A stretch of 64,000 nucleotides of DNA from positions 1 through 64,000 of the forward strand of contig NW_026926468.1 of assembly GCF_032062105.1 (NCBI RefSeq), read 5' to 3'. The notes beneath the pieces are model-generated. The model searched no databases and was not told where the DNA came from. It worked only from the letters and a program-made list of their open reading frames with translations. Every line of letters begins with the position of its first letter. Position 1 is the stretch's first letter. Shown piece after piece: positions 25,096-38,820 of this stretch. This DNA is from Saccostrea cucullata (taxonomy: Eukaryota). A program made the position numbers and the translations under genes.

Positions 25096-25670
25096 AAGTT
25101 CACATTGGTCCATTTTTGGCCCTGTGAATTTCTGAAAAATCAGAACTACTCAGTTTTAGTTAAAAATATGTTAAATTTTACTTGGACTCTTGGTGACTTT
25201 ATATCAAATAAAAATGACGTAACTTTTTCTCTTGTCCATGTATTATGACGTCATGAATTTCGTCATTTTCCTCAAATCTTGAAATTTTTCTTTAAAAATG
25301 ACCAAGATTTTAAACTATTTTTAAATATTTTGCATAGCCCCCAACCTCTGATCTAAAATGTTTAATTATATAATGAAAGAACTGTTTCAGAAGATTTTCT
25401 AATTCGTGAATTTTTTTTTTGGATCGCAGGGTGGGCTCACATTTTTATCAAAAGTTGAAGATACTCGATTTCACCCATTTTCTTCAAAAATCAAGAACAT
25501 TGCAGTTTCACAACGCCTGTGTTTCCAAACTTGGACTCTCAGAGGAAATTTTTTTGATAGGAAATGAAAGCACTAAGTCTCTACTTTATGTTGATGTTCG
25601 AAATGGGACGTTAGGACTTGGTTGGATAATTAGTATATTGACAGGGCCATTATATGGAGTAAGTGAATCT
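25096..25670. mobile_element. TIR element nested in a degraded HINE/satellite-like relic (about 24900-25830)
   Basis: TTCACATTGGTCCATTTTTGGCCCTGT pairs with ACAGGGCCATTATATGGAGTAAGTGAA. Flanks carry TCTTCTCAAGAA and AGCATCCTTGG...TTTGTTCAAATCA motifs. Confidence 0.6.
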
Positions 25671-25934
25671 ACCTCTTTGTTTCATTTATTTGGAAGCATC
25701 CTTGGTTAAATTCAAATTTGTTCAAATCATAACTACTTGAGGTAGGAAAGGGACAGTGGGTTATTAAAGTTTTGTTAGAAATGTATATAAAAAAATAGTC
25801 TTTTAAAAATCTTCTCAAGAACACCAATATAAAATTTAATTGCTGGTTTTGTGGCTAATTTCTCTGCATTTAAACATCCAATTATATTATAATCGTGCTA
25901 GACTTTCTGGTGTCAACTTAAATTGGATACATGA

Positions 25935-27255
25935 AATTAACAATTGAGACTGAATAAATATTGTAAACCGGAAAAACCTCATCAATTTATCTTAAATTGA
26001 ATTGATACCAACAGCAATTAAAATTCACTTTGCTTGTAATTGGAAATTCAGAGAGTTGTTGGAAAACCTTCTCTGGGAAACATTATAAATAATGTTCTTG
26101 AGAAATAGTGCACCTTAGTTACATATAGTAGGCCTTTCAATTAATTTTTGAAGTTGCACATGTTGTAAAACATTCTTTAGAAAGATTTATAGGTACATAA
26201 AATTATCAAAAAAAAAAAAAAAAAAACACAACACTTTATGCATACCTTTATTTAAATCATTAAAATGTTTAATTATCAAAATTAAACTGCACGATGTTGT
26301 GTTTTAAGGACAGGTAACTTAAGTATGAAAATGAACATCTGAGTGCCAATTTATGAGTTATCGTTTATAGGAATGATATATAGGCTGCTTCAGCTTTGTA
26401 TTGGTATGTTAACAAAAGGGTTCCTTACATTGTTTTATACACAAAAGAGTTAACCAAAAGAAGGGGAATGTCTTCTCTCTACCTGAAAAAACGGGATCAA
26501 ATGAATGAAGAACGGACTATATTCAAGATTTTTAACTCTTTTTGACGATTGTCATGAGAAAGAAAATATAATGTCACATTTTTATATGTGCGTTTTTGTG
26601 CTATCTATATTTAAATATATATATATATTTACAAGTAAAAGCAACCATTAATTATCATATTCATGTTACTAAAGTCGAAGAAGAACGACCAAGTTTAAAA
26701 TTTCAATCAGGTTAAAATTAAGATGGTGGATAGATTCCACTGTATATTTTGATTGAAAATAGAAAGTTTTATATTCCATGTTTGCTCTGCTCCTATTTTG
26801 TATTGTTTTATGGACTTTTGATCTTGAATACTGTTCATTATCTCAATATGTTTCATGCTAAATTTTAATACCATTTGATTCTACCGGCAGCGAAGGAAGA
26901 TTTGGGAAACGCTAAAAATTGACTTACTTTAAGAACAATTAAAACCTTGGACTTGTTCTAAATAAGTTTTGACAATGAGCTATCGTTTATAACACCGAAC
27001 TCTAGCGGCAGTTGAAAGGCAGATGAAAGGCTTTCATACTATATTATTTCTTACCCCGGAGCACACAATTTACATTGGTGAAATTGATGATTCTAAATTA
27101 GTGCGTTTTATTAGACGTTGATAAATCTTGAACAATGTCTGTAAATGTCGCGTTTAAACGCTATAAAGTCTGAATATTTAATGCTATTTATTTAATACGC
27201 TTTTACCATTTCTAACTTTTAAAACTTCTTTTGAGTAAGTGATATTCAACTTGCT
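25935..27255 (+). repeat. Tandem (direct) paralog of the EGF gene's last intron and 3' region (30860-31335)
   Basis: TTGTTGGAAAAC...GAAACATTA at 26056 and 30988; ATGATTCTAAATTA...CGCGTTTAAACG at 27087 and 31184. Confidence 0.7.
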
Positions 27256-27578
27256 ACACACAATCAGTGATTACATATATATATATATATAAAACATTTT
27301 TATTTCATAATATGATTATGTTTTAAAGAGCCTTTCCGACCTTGAAATATGCAATCTGGATATCAGGAAATTCATGCAATAATGTGTAGGACTGGACATC
27401 CTTTAAACTCTTAAACTTGTTCACCAAAGTTCACATACTATTAAAAGTATAAATATTTTGTTGATATCTAATTTTATTTTACTCTATATTTTTTACTCCC
27501 TTAAAAGCTTCTTAAAGCAAAGTCGATCATAAATACATAATCTAAAAATAAGGATGGCTTTCATTAAACTCTTATTTT

Positions 27579-27610
<32 letters not shown>

Positions 27611-27745
27611 GTGATTGCTTAAGAATGCTTTTAAGATCTGATAATCAAAAAAATTCTTTGTAAGGACTTTTTTTTTGTCGTTCACAATCTAATAAAACTA
27701 ATAAATTTTGCATCAGCCTGAGAACAGAATTGTAGATCCAACAAA

Positions 27746-29097
27746 GGACTTTATGCGGTAATGAACAATATTTGTCCCCAAAATCAAATTTTGACAGAGA
27801 GATATATACACAATGTATTTATGTTTTAAAATAGGAGATATCTGCAGACTAAAAATAAGCCAATAATAATCAAAATATAGACGCAAAATGCATCCTTTTT
27901 CTGTATGAATCAAGGAAATTTCAAATTAACTTCATTTTCCAGACGTTCTATCAAACAAAGAGGTAAGGCTTCTAAAAATATTTAGCGCTTTGAAGTCTGC
28001 AAATATCCTCCTATTTTTAAGAAATAAATAAAATGTTTGAAAATTCAATGGAAATTGAAGTGAGTCGGTCACTCGATCAAATCCTGTAAATAAAGAAGGC
28101 CTCCTCAGAAGTTTTGATCACGTACCGACCCACTTCAATTCCCACTGAAATTTTTAAAACTTGTCACTTACGTATATATACATTTGAGACAGACAATTGA
28201 ATAATTTCGAATATAAATTATTGTACTAACTGTTTGTCGTAGATTTTGCAAAATTACACAAGGTTTAAATCAGCTTGAAAGTCTTAAAATCATCAGGCAA
28301 AGAATTCTATTTCGAAGAGAATATTTTGTGAAAAGCTACTTGTGATCAGTAATAGTGAACAATTTTTTCTCTCTGAATATTTTTTATCATGATTATTGAT
28401 AGTTAAAGCTAAACAGACACGTCCGAAGATTGATGGTAAAAAGTTGGAGGAAATTTGGTCGCAAAGAAAGGGATGGATGGATGGATGGATGCGATAGACA
28501 GCTTAAATAATGTTACAACGCCGAAGTGTTTGTCAGTGGTTCGTGGTGTGATTGCAATGCTTTGATATTTTCCAACAGGTTTAAAAATTTATCGTGAGCA
28601 GAATTTAATGAAAAAAATATAGTTTATCAGGGAAATTTAGCTAAAGGTCTACCAAAAAATAATAAAAAGGGTAAAACATTAGAGATTGTGCAGCTGACAC
28701 AAAACTTGTACACAAAGGATAGTTTTCTACCGGTGGGCCATAGGTCTATATTGTCTACTTATACAGGTTAAATCGATCGCCCAAAAACTGTATTGAAACT
28801 TGTTTTACATTGTCAATAAAACAATTGTCATTTACTTGCGTATTTTTTTTTTCATTTTTATACATGAAAAGCAAGTTATTTCAATATTTATGTACTTGTT
28901 GATATTAATGCGCCGTGTGATAAGGTCGCGTATTGCCTTATGAACCGTGAATGACTTCATACAGATAATAAAACATATTTGCTCTCTGCATGTTTATATA
29001 GTAGAGGGATACCACAAATTCATATATTAGAACATATTTATTTCTGCGTCAAAGTTTGATTTTGGGGGCAAATATTGGTCATTAATGCATCTAGTTC
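27746..29097. mobile_element. Putative element bounded by ~55-bp imperfect inverted repeats
   Basis: TAATGAACAATATTTGTCCCCAAAATCAAATTTTGAC pairs with GTCAAAGTTTGATTTTGGGGGCAAATATTGGTCATTA; internal (GGAT)n. Confidence 0.55.
28044..28150. mobile_element. Small foldback MITE / hairpin
   Basis: TTCAATGGAAATTGAAGTGAGTCGGT...GATCAAA pairs with TTTGATC...ACCGACCCACTTCAATTCCCACTGAA. Confidence 0.75.
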
Positions 29098-30203
29098 TTT
29101 TTAAAATTAAAAGTTGACAAACAATTCTTTTGACAGAAAGTGATAATTATTTCAAAAGGATAAACATCGAAAAAGCTTTTTTATTATGGAATAAACCATC
29201 AATGTTTTCAATGGCAAAAAAGTGTATTATAATACTTTTGTATTATTATACATTCTTGTATTCAAAAGAAAAATTATTAGTACTGCAAGTACTGAGCTGA
29301 CACATTGAAACCCCGCGTAAAATGGAGTATAAAGACGAAATATTTTGTCAGTGTTTAAATGAGGAGGTGCGAAAACAAAATGTGTACCTCTTAGTTTAAA
29401 TATTGACAAAGTACTTTTTTGTTATCGAGGTCATTAAATTCATTTCCGAAGATAATATGAAATAGTTTCTGTAAATTGATAGAAAGTTCTTGAGATGAAA
29501 CTTATGGAGATAACAAACAGAAATACTAAAATCATTCTTCTCTTTCTGTTTCATACAAATTAGTACTGCATTAATCTGTACTGCTTATGATCCAGAAAAG
29601 CATTTTCATATCAAGAAAGACACCTTATTCAAACAGGAAAGGAAGGGAAATAGACATGGCATGTTTTTAATTTTTTCAAATGTAAAAAAAAAAGTCGGGA
29701 AAATTACTTTCAAATGCTTATTGATTTTAAGTCAAGCTTGATTTAGCTTTTTATTAATTTAAAAACGTTTTCGGTTATAGAAAATATTTTAGATCAATCA
29801 GAATACAAGACCTTATGTGAAGATATCCTTAGCAAAGGGACAAACCTTTGTCTCATAATTATTTTTCTAACATTTTAGTAAATATTTGTTATCTATTGCA
29901 TGAAATAATTATTCTGAATATATATAATTTTTAGATTAACGCAGTTTCTGTAGCTAAAGAAAAAAAATTGAAGAAAAAAATAAAGCTTTGCGACCGAGCG
30001 AAAATGCATGAGTGTGAATGAATCACACGCTACAAATCATACATGAAATAAAAATTAAAACAAATCTCTGATTTCACATCGAACCCTTTTGACATTTAGG
30101 AAACGGATGTTGTTTACAATTATTAAAGTACAAATATGATTGTGAAATTTTTTGATTATTTTTTAACAGATTTAGCGCATGCTGGTAAAATTGAAGCCAT
30201 AAG

Positions 30204-31152
30204 ATGACTAGTAAAACTTTTGTATTTTTGGTACTTTATACACATTCTGTTTTTTCTGCAGAAGGTCCATGTGGGTAAGACTTTTTTTTTTTTTTTTTTT
30301 TTTTTTTAACTTATTTATTAAAAAAAATCTTTTATACTGTTTTATTACATGTAGGAGTAAAATTGAATTACAGAAAAGACTTCTTTAAGGGATGTTGTGC
30401 TAACACATATTGGAATTCTGAGATCGCGGAATGTGTCAGTAAGTTATTGTCAATCTCAAATATTTTTGACAACATTTAACATAGAGTAACTTCTTAGAAT
30501 GTATTTTTGTTTCATTTCGTAGGATGTCCTTCTGGGTACTTAGGACTAAATTGTAGCATTCCTTGTGAATATCCCTTCTTTGGAGATCGTTGTCAAAGCA
30601 TATGTTCTTGCAGAAGCAGCCTCTGTGATAAAGTAAAAGGATGCATTCCTCTAAATGGTACATATAAGGTGCATTATTCAAATTTAACATGTTCGAGCGT
30701 TGAAAACAACATATTAATTTTTATCCCTTGAAACTTTGGTAATTATTTTTTTAATAATTAGATAACAACTAAATAAATAAAATTCTTTGAATACTGCACC
30801 CATACCATTTTTAGAATAGATTGAAACTAGGTTTGAATATGCATAATAACATCAGGCCATCAATTGAAGCTGAATATTATAAAGTTGAAAACGTCAACGA
30901 TATATTTTTGAATTGATTGTCGCAACAGTTCTTTCATTTTGCTTCATATACCCACCAACACAACACAGTAACAGGAAATATATCGATTTGTTGGAAAACT
31001 TTATCTGCGAAACATTAAAAATTATTTTCAGGAAAAGCCATGCACTTTAAATACTTGTATTTTTAGAAACCCTAGAGTACATAATTGACAATATCAATGA
31101 ACTTCTTACAGAATACGTTTTCAGAAAACCAGTAACACCGCATGCAAAGTAA
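30204..31152 (+). CDS. Small secreted Cys-rich EGF-like protein (MEGF10/SCARF-like). Exons 30204-30274, 30374-30438, 30523-30657 and tentative 31067-31152
   Basis: GT-AG introns with consistent phases 2,1,1 give MTSKTFVFLVLYTHSVFSAEGPCG/KDFFKGCCANTYWNSEIAECVR/CPSGYLGLNCSIPCEYPFFGDRCQSICSCRSSLCDKVKGCIPLNE/TLEYIIDNINELLTEYVFRKPVTPHAK*. The last exon is less certain. Confidence 0.8.
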
Positions 31153-33672
31153 TTGAATTTTTTTATTGGCGAAGTAGATATTTATGATTCTAAATTATCT
31201 GCGATTTTATTGAACTTTAAATGTTCTTGTATAAATGGCGCGTTTAAACGTGTAAAAGTCTTAACACTTGATGCTTTTGATTGTGATACAAATTTCTTAA
31301 AACTCCTTTTCGTTAAGTAGTAGCAACAACCTTTTTGAAAGATTTGCCAAGTAAAACTAGGTTTCTTCTTCCAATTTTGTGTTGTTAATGATTTCAAAAG
31401 AAGTTGAGGAAGATGCTTTACAGTACTTTTCTTAAAACCCGTTTTGTATTTTTGTTACGTGCAAGTACTTGTTACCTCCTATCCAATTCGATTATTAGGA
31501 ATTCTAAAAAAGAAACTTAAAAATGATTACCCCTTTATAGCAGTTGCAACCCAAACTCAAAATTGTTTTAGCTATATTGAACAGATGATATATGATCAAC
31601 TCGTTACTTTTTAAAAGAAATAGCAAAGGCGACAAAGTCTGGAGGACATGAAAACTGATTGGTAATAGTTCAGCATTATATTTATTAATCAAATGTTGTT
31701 ATCGATACCGCACACGCTATGGAGGACAGTTTCTCAATATACGACTCTATAAAAAACACTCAACCTAACCAAATAAGATAATTTACGGATGTTTATAAAA
31801 ACATGAAGGTATTGTGTACCATCTTAACTCATGATCAATTGTTGGGATTAGTAGGGAAACAAACAGTGAAAAATGGGACTAGAGTATATACTTTTATTTC
31901 ATCGATAAAATTAATTCTAAATTGAGTAGATTGTACATTATCTATACTTTTGCTTTAATGTAGTATTTTACTAAAAAATTTCTTCTTATAAAACAAATTT
32001 GAAGTTAGAAAACTGTTTAAGTGAGGATGTACACCTTCAGTAAATATTATCGGACTCATGGCTAATAATTAGGCATGTCATAATTCTTTCATTTTCAAAG
32101 TGAAAGAATTAGGCGAAAGGGTTAATTAGGTGATAATTTTTTGTCTTGATCCCGATCATCGCGCCTTATTCTGAAAAAAAGTCTGATTGTTCTAAAATTT
32201 GAAAATCCGGATGTTACATTTTTAATGACATTTTTGTCTTATGAAAAACCAAATATTAGGCGAATTTAGTTTGGATCACTTCGAATTCCAGGAGTTTGCC
32301 AGTTGATGTTACCTAAAACATTAATTGGAACTATCAGAATAATGAACCGAGTCCAGACACCCTCCTTCCAAAAACAATGAATAATAACAAATAAAAAAGA
32401 TTAAAAACTTTCCCAAAAGCAGAAAGATTTCTAACAATTATGTGTAAGATTTTATTTTCATCAATAAACACGGGATGACTGCACTAAAAGACATGCAAAA
32501 TTTGCAACAATATAAACTTTCGAAACAAACATTTTCTTTTAAGTGCAGAAATGGACATCTAGTCTACAATTTTACGTAATCACAATAATTCAAAGTACTG
32601 TTTTCTCAGGCGGGATGATATGAAATGATAATGTGTACTGACTATCATCAAGTAAGTTCATAGAGAAGTTAACTCCCTTTGTAAATGCACATCCTTTATT
32701 TAGTTCCAGTGACAGCAACATGATGACGTGGCATGATGTGATGTGATGTGATTTACTGTAAATACATAGAAAACATGTATAAATATTTGATATTACACAT
32801 AAAACACATACTCAGCGATTGTCAAATTAACATCACTCTGATTATAAATAAATGCTATATGCTCTTTGTAAACAACACTGTTACAAAGAACATTTTAAAT
32901 AAAATTTTAAATATTGCACATGTACCCTAGTAAATTAGTACATATGAAATTTATATTACTGTCAAATCACACAATTTCAAAAGATTACTAGAAAATGCTC
33001 AACAAAATATATGATTATTACTGAGTGCACATGCGCCAAATAATTTCATACCAAAAGTCACAGAAGTCTTTAATTTTCAATATCAAATTACAAATATCAA
33101 CCTATTATGGCAAAAATTCCCTTCACATAGTCATCCAATCAAAATCGTTCATATGAACTTTCCAACATATCCGTAAAAATTACACCTTAACAGGTAAACA
33201 GTGAACACCTTGTAAACATACAATTTATAACAATTTTGCACGTCAAAATTTCTTCTGCAACAATATACAAAAAGATTTCATGCTTAACTTACCAACTTAG
33301 AAGTTTTCTCTCATGGAAAAGTTGAAGACAAACATGATAATCAGCACAGTGACTAGTAAACACTGGTAAACAATTTCTACTGTTGTAAAAATCTCGTGCT
33401 CCCGCGAAAATTATAATATTGGAACCAAATCCGGAAAAGTCTAACACTCAAACCAAATCCGGAAAAAAATGTTTCGTACAATGTTAAATTTGCTGTTACA
33501 AATGAAAACGCCCATTTTTACGGACTTTATACATACTAAGCGCATGTTAATCTATTGCTCTCATTTTAACAATAATTGTATATTTGAATTAGAAATGTTG
33601 TGGTAGAAGAAGATTTATAGACAAACATGCGCTCGCGGTTTAAAAGAGAAGAAAAATGTTTCTTCTTAAACT

Positions 33673-33674
<2 letters not shown>

Positions 33675-33760
<86 letters not shown>
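33675..33760. repeat. (CT)n-(GT)n compound microsatellite
   Basis: Direct reading. Confidence 0.97.
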
Positions 33761-34739
33761 TGTAAAAAGTGATAATTTTCCTCAGGTAACATTGTGAATA
33801 CTAAATACACGTGACTTAGCATGTTCGTGCGAACTAGATGCTAAAAGCAGAGCTTATTATTATCATTTTTATTATTTTGAGAGAGAGAGAAATATGGCAG
33901 GAGAAAACACGTGGGAATAAATAGTTTATATACAAACTTATAAGATATGTATTAGCGTGTGTACAAGAATGTATAATAATACAAAAGTATTATAATAATA
34001 ACACAAAAGTATTATAATACTTGCATTATACTACAAATTTCATCGTGTATACCGGCTTTGATCGAATGAGTTATATTGTCAGGCCTCGATTTAAGATATT
34101 CTTTACCTACATTGACGGGGTTCATGTTGTTAATTACGTTTTAAACCTTTGTAAATACTGAATATATTATGTACTTGTCCGATCGAAATAAATGGAAAAA
34201 AGTTATCTCTTTTTATTTATACATGAAAGATAAAAAACAGGATTCATTATCAAAGTCCATATAACGATACAAAATCGAAGGAGAGCAAACACGGAACTCC
34301 TAATTGTTATTCATCGAGTCTAATTTTAGATCCATCCTTACGATGTCGGCTCAGCTTCTCATTCATACAAACTGTTCAATCAAGGGCAGATATATGTTAG
34401 TGTAAATTCTCTTTATTTGGAAAACATTACGAAAAAAAAAACAGAGAATAAGTTATAATTATTTCATTCCAAAATTATTTTTATGATTTAAATTTCATGC
34501 CATATGGACAGACTTCTGTAGCAGATATACATGTACATGTACAAAAGTGAAATTAAATAAAAAAATAAAAGCTACAGAACCAATTGAAAAAGACCCTAAA
34601 TTCAACGTTAAGTGCAGTCATCCTTTACATGACAGAAAATAAGCAATATTACTAATAAATTTTGTACAAAGTGAAAGAAGTAAACTTTTCTTTTGATGAA
34701 ATGTTCACATGCAATAAACAATCGATCTGTTCTCGTTAC

Positions 34740-37700
34740 TCATACAATTTGCTTCAACATCTTTTTTGTTCCTGCAAAATAAATATGGTTTTTAAGATAT
34801 CGGCAAAGAGAGAAAAAAAAAACGTTTAAGAAACAAATGCACCATTTAATATGTTGCAAAGAATCAAAGGCCGCATACCTTTGAAATAGAAGCAAACGGC
34901 ACCGACTCCAGTAAAGATTAATACTGATAAGGTGATGTACACAATGAATTTGGCATCTCCCGTTCCATTGTTACATTAAATAAAAGTTTGTTTTATTATT
35001 AATCTTTAACAGAAATAAAGAATTTCAAAACAACATAGTAATTTTCTCAGAACATACCTGTCATTTTCAGTCACAGTTTTCTTTTTCTCAATTGAATGAT
35101 TATAATTATCAGTGGTAGTTGTAATTTCAATGTCGTCAAAGTCATATGCATTTACATCCCGTTTTAGTCGGTGTTGCCAATCCGATGAGTTTCCAGGATT
35201 TCTTTTAGTGACAAGAGCGATAACATGTCGAGTAATGAATGTTATTTTTTGAAGACCAATTGATTTAATTGATTCAAAACAAGTGGTATCTACAAATAAC
35301 GAAACATCTTATTATCTAATTATTTAGAGTTTAGTTTAGCACACGTGTCCGTGGTATCTGTCTTTCGCCTTTAAGGATACACCAAAGGCTTTTTTCAAGA
35401 TTTTTGTCAATTTTGAGATTTTTGGCTAAGAAAACAATGCTAATCACTGCTTTATAATGGATGGAAAATTCTTGCTGATTATTAAATGGTTTTCTAATTA
35501 TTTAACAATAATCAAACATAAACACTAACACATGTGAATGTGCCGTTATTGAAGCTTCTGATTTGGTCTGTAACTGCCTGCTTCTGAAAGGAGCAATAAA
35601 TCACTGTGACCACTTGGGGAATTCTTCACTAGCCACACAGAGGCTATCAGTAATTAAACTACAGGGACTCTAGATTTAGGGAAGGAGATCTAACAGGTCA
35701 CTAATGACCATGAAATAGGAGGTGGAGCTTAGCTCTTGCCATTTTGCCGGGAAATCTTTCTGATTCAGAATTGAACCTATTTTACTTCATTAAAAGCACC
35801 TAAATATCCCATTCTTGTGAATATGCATAGGAAATATGGATAAAGGTATCCAAAGCTGAATCTCCGAGGTGTCATATATTTCCAGCTTTGGCAGACTTTG
35901 TTGTGTAATGGGTTTTTGCCCTCTACTGTAAAGTAAGATCAGACAGTTGGTGGTATTATTTGAAAGGATTCAGCTCCCTTATTATTATTGACCAATTTCT
36001 CTGAAAACTGGCCAGAATGTGTCTCAAATGTGTTTTCACAAAACCGTATCTCAGATTTTTGATATCTTGCTCAGTTCTCGAATTATTTGGGGAAATGTAG
36101 AATTAGGCTAATAAATTGGTAACATTGAAAGACAAATGGATGTAACTTTTGAATAAGAAGATTTATCAAAAATCTGAGATACGGTTTTGAAGTTCAATCT
36201 TTAGTCTACATTGAGGCAAAATTTTGACTTTGAGAGGTTACAAAAAAGTTGATTTATAAAATATAAATGCACTAATATTTACATTAAAATATTAATAAAT
36301 TTTTAGTAAGATAAAATTGAAAATTTAAATTAAGATCATTAAATAGTGAATTTAACAAGCTTTCAAATGATATATACTTTTAATATGTTATCTTTGTTAA
36401 TGAAAGAATTACAAGCAAATTAAATTTTGCCCTTTGGAAACCTTTGGTGTATCCTTAAATCTAAATGTCACCATACCTTTTTTATATATATACTGCAGTA
36501 ATAAATTATCTAGGAATACTCTGCAAGCATTCAATTCTCTTTCAATTATTTTGATATCCTCATTAAAAATTTGTGCCCGTCATTTGTTTCAAATTCATAT
36601 TTTTTCTTTTTAATCATGCATTTAGATTCACCTGACCGAACAAAGGATCGACAAATACTAGTCATGTATTTCTATGTCTGCAGAATAAACGTATTCCCCA
36701 TTTATTTTTCATTTAAAATGATAGCAAACGATAGGGTTTGAAGACATAACAAACCAGTGCTCGATTTCGTACAGAATGATGCACTTTAGATATATTTCAT
36801 GGTTCAATGTATTTGACATCACATCATGTTTTGATGAAGAATTTAAGAAAAAAAAGAATTCGTACCCATGTCATTACAAAGATGTAAAGGCTTTTTGATC
36901 GTTTTCATTGAAAAAGGCATTAGTGAGTTTACTCTGCATTGTGTACATGTATGTGTTTTAGATAAAGGGAGAGATGCAAGCAAACTTTTCACCGAGACTT
37001 AGCTAAAGATGCTTTTTGTGACTATTTGTTCTATAAGTACAGGTATTTTTTTTTAAAATTAGGTTAAAATCATTGATAGGTATTCTTTGTTTTATAGATT
37101 AAAAAATAATAAAACTTTAATGGTATAAAAACGACTTACATGTTATCGATTCATTAGAATAATAATGGAATGGGCACTCTGAACATCGGATATTATAATC
37201 TTCCACAACACGACCTACTCCTTCGTTGAACTGAGCACAACACTTTCCTACAAAATAAATATCAAATAATACAGCATCGTTCATTTTCCATGTGAAAATT
37301 CCGGATCCTTTCTAAAAATATTTTAGATATGTCATTGGTCTTCCATACGCTAGAAAGAGACTCTTTATGGAAATTGAGAAAATTATTTGATATCATTGTT
37401 GTAATGTTGTGAGAGAGAGGTAAAAGAACACGTCTGTCTAGTTTACTAACTATTTATTAAGTGATGATCAGATTGAACATATTCCCATGCATATGATAAT
37501 GATTGACAACAGATGATATTAGGGAGAGGAACTTTATCGTGAGAACTGATAACGGCAGAGAGCAGTGCTTGATTGAAAATAAACATTCTGATGCTGGCTT
37601 GATAATTATTAATTACAGATTGACAGATTTAATTAAGAGTATAAACATTACAAAGGTATCAATATAACTTTATTTATTTGAGATCATTGCGAATCATATT

Positions 37701-38039
37701 CAAAGAAAATGAGGTTCAACTGATGATATTCTTCAGATGTTAATGTTTAAATTTTCATAAAAAAAAAAAATAGAAAATGGAGCAAGGAGTTAAGGAAAAA
37801 ACAAACAGAAATTACATACCGATTTAAATTTGCATACCTGAGATTAAATCCCGCGGAGCACAAACTTCAGTGAGTTTGTTTCCATACCGCAAGCAGTGAT
37901 ACACTAACGGATCCTTGGAACAGGAATCGTGGATATCTTCACACTTTTTTTCCTCTGACTTTCTTCTCATACTCTCTGTGTCGAAAGGACAATCAGTCAC
38001 TATTTCAACAGTCTTTACTGTTTCTTTGCATACATCTTC
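34740..38039 (-). CDS. Cys-rich type I membrane protein. Exons 38039-37838, 37247-37140, 35289-35058, 34973-34879, 34771-34740; first exon unresolved
   Basis: Phase-consistent open exons: EDVCKETVKTVEIVTDCP...YHCLRYGNKLTEVCAPRDLISG/KCCAQFNEGVGRVVEDYNIRCSECPFHYYSNESITY/TTCFE...HRLKRDV...END S/NNGTGDAKFIVYITLSVLIFTGVGAVCFYFK G/TKKMLKQIV*. The TM exon acceptor is TG, not AG. Confidence 0.8.
35375..36454. mobile_element. Kolobok-like MITE in an intron
   Basis: TTAA|GGATACACCAAAGG ... CCTTTGGTGTATCC|TTAA: perfect 14-bp TIR with TTAA TSD. Confidence 0.9.
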
Positions 38040-38820
38040 CTGGTTGTAAAGGCATAAATGAACTTTTTTAGAAAAGAAATTGCAACAAAAATTAATTGCG
38101 AATATAAATACATGGACAGTAATTACATATATGTATTTCTAAAGGAAATAAGTGTCTGTGGTTCTTACATGCTTTAGAAATCATGATTTAGACAATATAC
38201 TAAGATTTTAACAATACATATAGTGAAGACATATATAAGATTTTCAAATCTAATATTTTCAGTGCATTGGTGAAATTTAAACCTAAGCATGTACATGTAC
38301 ACAAAGTGAATTAAAAAATTATTATTGCTAATGTTTTGTTTTTAGTGATTAGAATTCTCACTCTTGGTGCATATGGTCACATATATCTGTAATAAATATT
38401 TTATCAGACCAATAAATCTATATGTTTAAATAATTTATGTGCCTTTATTTATATTTTATAGAATTTTTCTATGATGAATATAATACAATTTACTAATAAT
38501 GCAAAATTAAAAAAATATTATTTTGCAATTTTGTTGAAGGTTTATGACAATTTGAGTGGACTATCTACATAATTGTCAGATTCCTATCCTCTTTTTTTTT
38601 CAAATCGCGTCCTAGAAACCACTGATGTCGATGAAGACCACTTTCTTATGTAAAGAGTAGTCTTTAATTTGTTCTGGTATGTCATAAAAACTCTCTCTAT
38701 CTCTCCTCCCTAAAATGAAGGTAACCTTTATCTTATTAGTTTTCCATATACATGTGTACATATATATATACATGTACATACATGTATATGCAAATATGTT
38801 TTGCGTTCATTTCAGGATAA

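Noticed and set aside
33640-33822. ER-repeat ORF
   Set aside because: (CT)n microsatellite read on the minus strand.
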